Origin: Monocercomonoides exilis PA203 | Lineage: Eukaryota > Protista > Preaxostyla | Direction: 5' to 3' | Assembly (NCBI GenBank): GCA_001643675.2 | Contig: LSRY02000002.1 | Location: 744,001 to 808,000 of the forward strand | DNA length: 64,000 bases | Shown here: positions 45,089-56,731 of the stretch, in pieces | Numbering within the stretch: position 1 is the first letter of the stretch | Layout of the letters: each line of letters opens with the position of its first letter | Notes under the pieces: generated by a model | What the model saw: the letters and a program-made list of their open reading frames with translations, nothing else | Told to the model about the DNA's origin: nothing | Database searches by the model: none | Position numbers and translations under genes: made by a program

Positions 45089-47035
45089 ATTCACCCAGCT
45101 TGCGTCTAACATATCACTGCTCTTTTCGATAGCCCATTCGCCAGCTGACCGGCTCCCGAGGTTTGGCGGGCTGATGGGGATGCTTTCGTGCACAGTGCTT
45201 GACGTGTTCAGCAGGTGGAGCGAGAAGTGGCTGGATGTGCGTGTCTTTGGAGAGGAGAGGGAAAGCGAGAGAGAGAAAGAGAAGGAGAGAGAAAGAGAAA
45301 GAGAAAGAGAAGAAGAAGAAGGAGAAGAGAAAGAAGGTAATATAAAACTTCTGACAGATCTGGATAAAGAACGATGGAGTTTGGAGTTGGAAGATTACAA
45401 TGTGTTTGATGATGACGATGAGTCATCAGCAAAGGTGTATAAAAGGAAAGCCATTCCAGTTGATGGCAGAGAAAAAGAAAGATTTACCAGATTTGAGCAG
45501 AATTTGATTGAACAAGCAGAAAATGAGAGAGAGCTGGCAGAAAACGAAGAAAAGGCAGAAAAAGAAGAAGATTCGCAAAAGAATACAGAATTGGAAAAGG
45601 AGAAAGAAGTCGAAAATGAAGAAGAAATTAAGCGTCTCGTTGAACAATCAGAAGAAGCTAAGTCAAAAATACCCGAAGAAACCAACAGCATTGAAACGAA
45701 TCCAACAAAACCAGAATCACAAAATTCAAAACAAACAACAGAAGCCAATCAACTTCCTTCTTCTTCTCCTTCCTCCTCCTCCTCCTCCTCCTCATCATCA
45801 TCATCGTCTTCTTCTTCTTCTTCTTCCTCATCTTCTGATCCCCCATCAGTATATCCACTGTATTCTGTCTTCAGTGAAGGCGCTTTTAACCCTTCTTTTG
45901 CCTCAGGCGGGCAGAACAGGAGCAGATTGAGTCAGACAGAGAAGAAGATGCCTCAGCAGGCAGTTGTTGTGTCAAAGGAAGGGGTAAACAGATGGAATGA
46001 GCCAAATATCACAAGATGTGAGCAGGTGAAAGGGAAGGAGAAGGAAATGAGTAATGATGATGATGATGATGATGATGATGTGGTGAAGAATGGAACAAGA
46101 GAAGGAGATGTATTAACCATTTCATCGTCAACTTTGCCAAATGCTGGTTATCCAACTAATCAGAATTTATATAACGTCACTTCAGCTTCTTCTTCTTCTT
46201 CTTCTTCCTTTTCTTCTCTTTCTTCTTCTTCTCAATCTTCTTCTTCTTCTTCACATTCTTCTTCTTCTTCTTCTTCCTCCTCCTCATCCTCTTCATGTCG
46301 TCCTCTGCAGATGTATCTTTCCCACAGAAGTGCTGAGATGGAGACACAGCAGACAATGCTGAACTTGCTCATGTCTATCAAAGACAGATTAGATGAGCTC
46401 AAATTCTCTTCTTCTTCTTCTTCTTCTTCTGTTAATGAAGATAATGTAAATAATAATAATAATAATAACAGGAAATTTGTTGATTCTTCATCAGAGCAAC
46501 TGCAAAAACGTAGTCAAATGAACAAAAGCAATGCAAATGACGTGAAAGCTAATAGATTTAATGAATTTCAACCAGCAAGTGTTAGACAAAAAAGCCCATC
46601 TTTTCGTATTGAGGCTGATGTCCAAGCGATTGCAGCAGCAGTTCATCCGCTTTCACACTATCATAATCATCATAATCAACATCAACAATATTCTTCTTCT
46701 TCTTCTTCTTCTTCTTCTTCACAGAAATACAATGAAGAAAGATATGGAAAGGAAGGAAGTTGTTATGAGGATTGCAATGATATGGAAGGTTATTCGAATG
46801 GGAAAATGAGACAAGGAAAAAATAAAATGGAAGAAGAAGAAGAAGAAAGAGAAAGAGAAAGAGAAAGAGAAAGAATAAGAAGAAGAGGAAATGTAAAAGA
46901 AAAAGAACTAATTTTCTATGATCCAAAAGAAAATGATGATGATGATGATGATGACATAGACGATGTTACATCAGTTGGCTCAGAAACTGCAGAAATGAGA
47001 ATTAAACCACAGATTTCTATGAACAAATATGGAAT

Positions 47036-47071
<36 letters not shown>

Positions 47072-50000
47072 TTCTTCTTCTTCTTCTTCTTCTTCCTCCC
47101 CTTCCTCTTCTTCTTCGCCATCGTCTTCCCTTTTGAAGATAACAGATCCTCCACAGTTGTTTATGGATGAGCTGATAGAGAAAGGGATGTTTGAAGTTCT
47201 TAAAAAGCAAGAAAAACCAACTTTTTATTCGAAAAATGAAGAAAACGCAAATGTCATTGAAAAAGCCAAAAGAAAAGTGAAATTCGATCTTTCGAATGAA
47301 AAACTGGCTTCGAAGGCAAAACCAAACGAAGGACGCGAAAAATACGTCATTGGCAGTTCTCTTCCTATCTTTTCGTTCTCATCGTTTAATGCTTTTGATT
47401 CATCTTTTCCTTCTTCTTCTTCTTCTTCTTCCAATACAAATACATTTACAAATCCTACTGCTTCATCTTCATTACCATCATCATCTTCTTCCTCTTCTTC
47501 AACTTCTTCCTCTTCTTCTTCTTCTGATTTTTCATATTCATCGTCATCTTCTTCTTCTCCTTCTCTTTCCTCAGCCATTCCATCGCTCTATCCACATTAC
47601 GAATCAGATCTTTCGCCTTCTTCTTCCATTTCACACACTTCTTCATTCTCTTCGTATGTTCCTTCTTCTTCTCCTCCTCCTTCCTCTTCTCCTTCCTCTT
47701 CCTCTCCTTCTTCTTCTCTTCCTCCTCCACCACCTCCTCGCCTTTCCTCTGCTTCATCAATTGCCTCTGATAACTCTGTTAAGTCAAATATCTCGAACAT
47801 TTCTAACATTTCTTCTTCTTCCTTGTCTTTTTCTGAATACATTCCATCATCATCTTCTTCTTCTTCTTCTTCTTCTTCTTCCATCTCCTCCTCTTCCATT
47901 TCCTCATCAGTTTATTCTTCACCGTCACTTACCTCAACATCACAGCCAGCTTCTGCATCTTCACCTTCTGCTCCTCTTAGTCCATTTCAACATTCTTCTT
48001 CTCATTCACCTTCACCTTCCTCTTCTTCCTCTTCTTCCTCTTCTTCTCTCTCTCCTTCTCCTTCTTTCCTTTCAGATGCCTCTATTTCTGTTCCACCTCT
48101 TGTTTCATTCACAACAAACACAACTTCTTCCTCTTCTTCTTCCTCTTCCTCTTCTTCTTCTTCTTCCTCTTCCTCTTCCTCTTCTTCTCCTTCCTCTTCT
48201 TCTCCTTCCTCTTCTTCTCCTTCCTCTTCTCCTTCTCTCTCTCCCTCTCCACTCGAAGACGCCTCTGTCCATTCACTTCAGTCTACAGACACACAAACAA
48301 TCGCTTCATCCACCACGTTTCTTTCTTCTTTCTCTTCTTTCTCTTCCACCCCGCTTCCAACACCAAATGAACAAGAAGCAACGAAAACGGAGAAGATGAC
48401 GAAGAGTCAGAGGAAGAAGATGAAGAAGCAGCAGAAGAAGATGAAGATGATGATGGAGTTGCAGATGGAGAAGGAGAGGAAAGAAAGGAAGGAAAAGAAG
48501 GAGAATGAGAAGGAGGAGAGGAGGAAGAAGAAGATGAAGGAGAAAGAAGAGAAAGAGAAGAAGAGGGAGAAGAAGAAGAAAGAATCGAGGAAGGAAAGGA
48601 AAAGGATTGCGGAGGATGAAGATGAAGATGAGGATGAAGAGTATGAAGAAGAAGAGGAGGAAGAAGAAGAGGAAGAAGAAGAGGAGGAGGAAGAGGAGGA
48701 AGAAGAAATTGACTTATTGAACAAAGTGGATTTAGGGGAAGAAGACAATGAAGAAGACAATGGAGAGGATGAAGACGATGAAGATGATGACGACGACGAA
48801 GAAGAAGACGACGAAGAAGCAAATGGTGACAATCAAGATAAAGAAGAAGGAGAAAATGCGAAAGAATCAGAAAGTGTCAAGTTGAAAAAGAGGAAAGAAG
48901 AAGGTGAAGGCGAAGAAGAAGATGAAGAAGAAAGCGAAAACGAAGAAGAGATGGACAAGACAGAGGAAGTTGAGGAAGACGAGGAGGAAGAGAAGGAAGA
49001 AGGGAAAGATGAAGAAGATGAAGAAGAAGAAGAACAAGAGCAAGATGATGATGAAGAAGGAGGAGGAGAACAAAACGAAGAGAATGAAGAAGGAGAAGGA
49101 GATGATGATGAAGGAGAAGATGAAGAAGAAGAAGATGATGATGAAGTTCAAAGCAAGATTTCACAAGTTTCAGAATCGAAAAGTTCGACTTCAACAGCTT
49201 CTGCTTCTTTATTGTCGGAAGGAAAGATATCACAAAATATTTCTTCTTCTTCTTCTTCTTCTTCTTCTTCTTCAGATTCCTCCAATAATTCGAAGAAGAA
49301 AAAATCAGATGGAAAGAAAGAGAAAGAGAAGGAGAAGGAGAAAGAGAAAGAGAAAGAAAACAAGGAGAATAAAGAAAAGAAAGGGAAAGAAAGTAAAAAT
49401 GATAAAAATGATAAGAAACAAAAAACTGAACAACAAAAGGAAGTGAAAGGGAAAGAAAAGGGAAAAGAGAAAGAGAAAGAGAAAGAGAAAAGCAAAGATG
49501 AAGAAAAGAACAAGAACAAGAACAAGAACAAAGTGAATGAAGAGTCACAAAAAGCTAAGCAAAAACAAAGTTCAACTTCTTCTTCTTCTTCTTCTTCCTC
49601 TTCCTCTTCCTCTTCCTCAGCTTCTTCTTCTTCCACTTCTGGAAAAGGAAAAGAAAATCAGCAAGCGAAAAAGAAGGACAATAAGAAACAAGAATCAGGC
49701 AAACAGACCGACAAGAATTCAAGTGCAGGCGAGAAGGAGAAAATGACAAAAGCAGAAAAGAAGAAGAAAGAGAAAGAGAAAGAAAAAGAAAAGGAGAAAG
49801 AGAAAGAGAAAGAGAAGAAAGGGAAACAAAGCCAAGCAAGTTCTTCTTCTTCTTCTTCTTCTAATCAATCATCTTCCAATTCATCTCAACAAAAACAGAA
49901 AGAAAAGGCGAATAACTCTAAACAAGTCACCCAGTTGAAGATTCCTCTCTCAAAAGCCACACTCACAGAAGCAGATGGCTCTTCAAAGATTCCGAGCGAA

Positions 50001-51944
50001 TCAAGCAATAAGCAGAATAATAATTCATTTTCTTCTTCTTCTTCTTCTTCCTCTTCCTCTTCCTCTTTCTCATCTTTCTCCTCTTCTTCTGCTTCTTCTG
50101 CTTCAGATTCTGTGTTTCCAGACAGTTCATTGTCTTCCACTTCTTCATCACATCCTCCTCCTCCTCCTTCTTCTTCCAATACATATTCCTCTAACATCAG
50201 TTCAAATCCCAATGTGTTTTCTTCATTCGACACAACATTTTCTTCTCTCACATCTCCTTCTTCTTCATTTCACTCATCATCATCTTCTTCTTCCTCTTCC
50301 TCTTCCTCCTCCTCTTCTTCTTCTTCCTCCCTTCCTCGTTCCTCTCTTTCCCCTTCTTCCTCATCCACATACTTCTCCTCCTCTTTCTCCTCTTCCATGA
50401 TGTACCCACACTCACACCCTTCTTCCCGCAACCCGCTTCACCACTCACCTTCCATGCACCCTTATCAGATCTCTTCACGCCCGCTTCCTTCTTATCCTTC
50501 TTCTTCTTCTTCTTCTTCTTCTTACATCGATCAAAGAGAATATTCTTCACCATCACTTTCATCATCATCATCAACATCTTCTTCCACTTCTTCCTCTTCT
50601 TCAACTTCATCAACCATTGCCAATCGCCTCCACAGATCAGACGACACACCAATCGACCCACAAGACTTCACATATCAAACATATCCCCTTCCATCTTCAC
50701 AGCAATTGCAATTGCAACAACAACAACAACAACAACAGAAGCAGATGAAGAGTTCAGAGATTGACATTTCGGAATACCCGTCTCTTGGCTCGTCAGATGC
50801 ACATGGCTCGTCGAAGAAAGCAAACACATCACAGCCTTCTTCGAACAGTGTCACTGCTTCTGCTTCTTCTACATCTTCTTCCTCTTCCTCCTCTTCTTCT
50901 TCCGAACCTTCTGTATTCTCTTCTTCCTCAAAGACGTCAAGTGGTGTATCTTCGACAGCTCAGCAGAAGACGCAGGAAAGCAACTCTTCTTCGTCTGGTT
51001 CAAAGGAAAAAACGAAGGAGAAAACAAAAGATAAATCAACAGCAGACAATCAAAAATCAGGAAAAGACGCAAAGAAAACGCAAAACGCAGAGAAAAATGC
51101 GAAGGACGGGAAGAAATCGAAAGACAAAGCGAAAGACAAGAAAGGAGAATCTTCGTCCAATTCCAAAGACAAGTCGAATTCCAAACAGCCTCAAAACTCT
51201 TCAAATCAATCATCCACAAAGCAGCAGACAGGGAAGCAGAAAAAAGGGAACAAAAAAGCAAGCACAGACGAATCAGACGAAGAGAACGAATGGATGACAG
51301 CACATACGCGCTCGATAATACAATCATCTCCACCTGCTTCCACCACCCCCTCTGCTTCCTCTTCCCCTTCCCCCGGCCCTTCTGCCTCTGGCGCTTCTTC
51401 CTATTCCTCTCTCTCTCCCTCGTTCCGCACAGCCTCGCCATCAAGTGGGTTCACTTCGTATTCTTCTGTCTCCCCCGCACCGCGCCCAGCCGCATCTTCC
51501 TCGAACTATCGCTCGTTCTCCTCAGGCGCAGAAACAGGAAGGCAGAAAGTGGCAATGATGATGCCGACGTTTATCTCCAAATACACACGAGACAATCCAC
51601 CGCCTGCGACGAAGCGGTTTGAAGGGTATGTGCTGGGGAACCTGCAGCCAGAGCTGAACAGAGGGTGGATTGCGTGCAGGGCGTTTCCGGACAATGTGTT
51701 CTTTGACTTGAGGCGGATCAAGCCGTTCCAGAGGGAGATGCTGCGCATTGGCATCGCCGCGGACTTCACAGTTGAGGTGAATGTGCCGAATTCGAGCGAC
51801 TTTCGGGTGAATGAGATTGATCTGAAGCAGCCGAGGTACCCGACGAACATTGATGAGAACACGAAGGGCATTTGCATCTATTACTCGAGCGTTGGGTGGT
51901 GCAAGCACGGAGATAAGTGCAACTATGCACATATTGCGGGCTAA
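43835..51944 (+). CDS. Giant B-box / low-complexity / cold-shock-like / CCCH zinc-finger protein (~2630 aa); exons 43835-43846 (tentative), 43977-44456, 44526-51944
   Basis: Tandem B-box-like Cys/His motifs (CRDC...CANCDAFYCENCFVSAH...H; C...CNECNKAVCVFC...H..H), then a helical region and ~2200 aa of poly-Ser/Glu/Lys. The C-terminus has an OB/CSD-like segment (RGWI...DNVFF) and C-x8-C-x5-C-x3-H. Intron 44457-44525 keeps the frame. The start exon is uncertain. Confidence 0.75.
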
Positions 51945-53253
51945 GATGGGGAGCTTGGTTGAGAAAGTTTGAAAGAGATTTATATTTATAAGGGATTTTT
52001 TTATTTTTTTATTGTTTATGTGTTTTAATGTGTGATTGGTTTAAAGAACATGATTTAGTAATATTAGATGTTACATGTAGGTAAATGAAGATTTTTTTAA
52101 AATGTTTTTCTTTGAAAAGAAAAATTTATGAAATTTGGTATATGTCATATGTTTTAAGCACCAGAAAAGTCATTTTCCATTATTTTTTGCTTTATGTTCA
52201 GACTTTTGATTGAGTTTTGTCTTTTTTTTGTAATCTAATAATTTAAAAGTGTCTTACACTTCTTCCACTTTTTCCTTTTCAAAAGCATCTTGTTAAGGAT
52301 ATGACTGAATAAATTTGGAAAATTCGCATTTATCAAATATGACTGTTTGTTTTAAGTGAAGTAATTTCCATTTAAAAAAGAAAGAAAACATAAATCGAAA
52401 GTGAAATTGCTGTTTCAAAGCGCTTTGTTGCAGATTTTCTTTGATTGCACTTTTCATACAGAAGCTACCAATATGTCAAATGAGTTCAATAACTTTCATC
52501 AGGCTTTCAATAAGTTTCGAATGTTTCGTCCTCTGCTTGACTCTCTTTCTCTCTCTCTGTCTCCATCTCTTTTATTTATTTATTTATTTTTTCCCAAAAA
52601 ACAAATGAATTAATAGTTAAACAATAACCCATTCAGAAATTAGAAAAAATAAAAATAACTCTCACAAATAAAACCCAAAAAAATAAAAAGAAATATCCTT
52701 TCTCGATGTTATATTCAAACGCAAACATGTAATTCTATTCAAACAGTAAAATAAATTACCCTAGTTCCTTTTTAATAAAAAACCTCAAAAAAACGTTGCA
52801 TCAAAAAATTATAAAGAGAGAATATTTGTACAATTTTCAAAAAAGAAATAAAAAAATAAAATCAAAAAATAAAAAATAAGAAGATTTCAATTTTTTAATG
52901 CAAACAAGAATCTCATGGTTTGGCTCAAGATGATTGATCGTAACTCAATTGTTAAAAATTCACAAAAACCATTCAACCAGGATAAATCAAGAAAATACTC
53001 ACAAAATTTCAAATTGTAAAAAACATATCAAAAACGATTCTCATTTAATGGCAATACATATCAAAATCATAGAATTTCATGAATAAAACATTCAATTCAA
53101 AAACAAATAAAAATAAACTCCATGATTATTATTGGATCTGAGAAATAGATAACATTTGTAAAGCAAGCACAACATAACATTTCCGATTCGATTTTATTTA
53201 TTTATTTTTTTTTTTAAATCGCACTTTTAACCATTGCTTTTCGTGTTAATACA

Positions 53254-56200
53254 TTACATCACTATTGAAAAATCCAGCCCCGTGTTAACCATCTCCCCCT
53301 CATGCACTTCAAATCTCATTCTCTTCTTTCTTCTTGCAACGCAAACTACAATCACAACCATTGCAAGTACCACAACAACTGCAAACACACACACACAAAC
53401 GATAATTATGACCAGTTGCGAAGTTGTCAATTTATTTGGATTGTCGTTTTTGGTGTTGTTTTCATCAGGATTATTCTCCTTCTTTTTTATCAAAATGACA
53501 CTTTCTGTATATAACTTTTTTGGAAGTCCAGCAAAGCTATAATACGACAATCTGCAAAAAGTAGACCCATTCCCCTTCAAATCAACAAAATATGAATTAA
53601 TTTCCGCTTTCATTTCTGTTTCATTAGTATATTCAGAAATTTGACAGCCTATCCATTCCATCTCTTGGCCTTCTGTTTTTGTAGCTATTTCAAACTCCAA
53701 ACTACAAGGAAATAGATAGCTTCCTTGAACAATTGCTTCATAATACTCCTCTTCTAAATTTCCCTCTTTTTCATTGCTTTGTTCCTTCTTTGTCAATGAA
53801 GCATTCTTCAGAATAGGAGTAAAGAAGTCCAAATTAAAATTATCTACCGCAGCTCCTTTAGGTTTATCAGCAGTTCGCATCCCAAAAGGTTTCCCATCCA
53901 ATCCATCGCTTCCTGGCGCCAAAGAATTAATCTCAAAAAAGCCAGCAAAATCTCCTTCTTGGCGAATGTTATGACGCAAAGAAGGAAATCTCTTCCAATT
54001 CTCGTCGATCGGATGGTTGTTGACAAAACTACAGTTGTCAATTGTCAATGGAGCATGAGAAAGAATGGCACCTTCGCAAATATTCATAAATACACTATCT
54101 TTAATAGCTGCTCCTTGATACTCATTCAGATACACAAGACCAGAGTTCCATTCGCATAATGGATTATTCTCTTCGCTAATTTTTGAAATTGCTTTTGCAC
54201 CTGCATCAAACGAAACGCATTCATTTTTACCATCTTTCATTTCTTGTGTATTATTTCCGTTTCTTCCATATATAACGGTTCGACCAATATGTAAAAATTT
54301 GCCTGATTCCACAACTAATTTGTAAGGCAGTAGTTTTCCTTCTCCTCCGAGCACGTTCTCTCCTTTCAGTCCAGTGTACCAGGGTCTGAAAACAACATCA
54401 AATAAATCTAAACCGTCTTGCTCGAAGATCAAGTCCAGTGCACACCCTTCTACAGCATCAGGATATTCGATGTCGATGCTCGTAAAAGAGAGGGGTTGGC
54501 CTGAGACTTCAAACACTGCTTTTGCTTCGCCAGCTTCAATATCAGCTGCAACACGAATAATTCCTCTGTTCTGTTCTGCTTCTGCTTGAGAAGCTGTTAA
54601 AGCGCCATAAGCAGACAGAAATGAAGCACTTCTAACGAATAAAATAGGTTTATTAACAGAAATCCTTCCAATCACAAACACCTTTATTTGTTCGTTTGGC
54701 ATTCCATGCTCCACTGCAGTGCTGATGCTGCTGCAGGGCTTTTCTCTTCTTCCGCACGCTCTTCCTTCGCTTGACGCTTCTTCTCCAACATAAACATTCT
54801 TCGAGTGATAAGTCAAACCATTTGTTTCATCTATTAAAAGGTCAATGACATTAATAGCTCCATTATTCCTTTCTTCCAGCAGCATAAGATTTGCATTTCC
54901 GTAAATCTCTTCCATATCAAACATAATGCGATCTTCGTTAATCTGCTCCCGCCCCAAAGGAAACGTCATGTAAATGGCCTCTCCTTTATCAGCAGAGCAA
55001 TTACAATAATATGTCGTTTTCAATGTTAATGCTAAAGTTGATGTCACTTCGTCAGTGGCTCGTATAAAAATTGCACCTCCTTTTGATTCTTCATTTTGTT
55101 TGGTTCTTCCTTTTTCTGATTTGGCTTTTGCATTTTTGCACGAACAGTTTCTGAAGCTCAGATCACTCAGCTCAAGTTCATCTCCACTTTTTCCGATTTC
55201 CAAATACAGCACCCCTCCCAATTTGTGATTTGTTGAATAACATTCATGAAAACTTGAACCAGAAAATGTTGCTTTTCCGCATCCTCCCAAAACGGTAATG
55301 ACAGATTGGGCATTACATGACGTTGAAACTGTTCGTAAAGCCAGCTTTTCAAAATATGTTAGAAATGTTGTATCTGCAAGAATTATCGCGTATGAAGATT
55401 TGATATATGAAATCCGAACATTCTTAAGACTCAATTGACAGTTATTGCATTTAATTAAAACACAGTTTAACGCCATTTCATAATTGGTTGTTGTGATGTT
55501 TACTTTTTCCAAGGAAATTGATGCTGATATCCCTTCACCAATAAACAGTCCATTATCTTTACCACTTTGAAGTGTTACATTCACATTAACTTCCGCATTG
55601 ATCAGTTTAATCCTTCCGTCTTGCTTCACATTGAACAGCCCTTCGTCCTTATTCACCTTTGCCTCATCCAAAGAAGTGGTAATCTTAAAAACATCATATA
55701 ATCCGTTTGTTATCTCGATATAAAGCCTGTCAATGGTAATTGGTTCGATATCGTATTTGTTATTATCATTGGTTGAATGCAAGCTTATCGAAGTCTCCGA
55801 GTCGCTGTTCCTTATGGCTTTTTTAATTGTTTTGCATGCGCTGTTTTTTTGTTTTCCGCAGTCATCGTTGTCAACGCCATTTACACCATCTATGTACTTA
55901 TCAATTAAATTGGAACGTTGCGAATAGACTCTTGGCATTGATAAAACACTTTTTTCGAATTTCTGAATTTGATTCTGGTTTGTTGAATTTTTATGAAATA
56001 AAAATGAGTCGTTATTTGGAATTTTGTCAAAATTAAAAAATAATCTGATTGAAAATTAATGCATACGCAAAATCCATTAATTTCCCTTTCTTTCAACTTG
56101 GACAGCTGAATTTCTCTTTCATAATCTGTCGTTGAATTTTCGCTCTTTTCCGAAAAATACACAGCACCAATTTCATGTTCTTGATCTCTTCTATCTACTC

Positions 56201-56285
56201 CAACAAAACTTTCATATACGTGTGTTTGCGTAAGTACGCTCACAACTTTATTCGCAAAGCATAAATAAAATAATAAAGAAAGCAT
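53254..56285 (-). CDS. Single-pass surface protein (~979 aa), kinase-less relative of the giant receptor family; exons 56285-56067, 55974-53254
   Basis: Signal-like N-terminus MLSLLFYLCFA; two CG...C modules; GGVLY and GGAIF motifs. The juxtamembrane block CEWNSGLV...FVNNHP...FPSLRHNI...FFTPIL...LFPCSL matches both giant receptors. A TM helix is followed by a ~27-aa tail. A nearby alternative acceptor is possible. Confidence 0.8.
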
Positions 56286-56731
56286 TGTTCACCAAAATAA
56301 GAAATTGGGTCAATGAAGTTTATCACGAAAGTTCACTCATGAAAAAAACCTTGTTTTTTATCTTTAATAATTATCTTATTTAATATTAATGTTTGAGTGC
56401 ATCATTTATAAAAAAAGTTTTGTTTCAACAAAAAAAATTAAAAAAATAAAAATAAAAAAGATAAAATTTGTGAAATGAGTCTAAGAAATGGTGAAGTGCT
56501 GTCAAGAAATTTGAAACATTGAGAAGAGATGTAAATTTAATTGAAAATGTGATGAGCAATTAAGCGAAATGAAACGAAATATTGAGAAAAAAACATTTTG
56601 AAGAGGAATTCACAAACATATTTTAATTCTCATGCTCGTTTAAAAGCGCGTTCCATCATACCAAACGGAATATATTTGAAATAAATCCTGAAATAAGTTA
56701 TCCTTTAGAGACTTTATACTTCTTTCACCAT

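Noticed and set aside
44782-51932. Many overlapping poly-Leu, poly-Lys and poly-Glu ORFs on both strands
   Set aside because: Alternative-frame readings of TCT/GAA triplet runs inside one real CDS.
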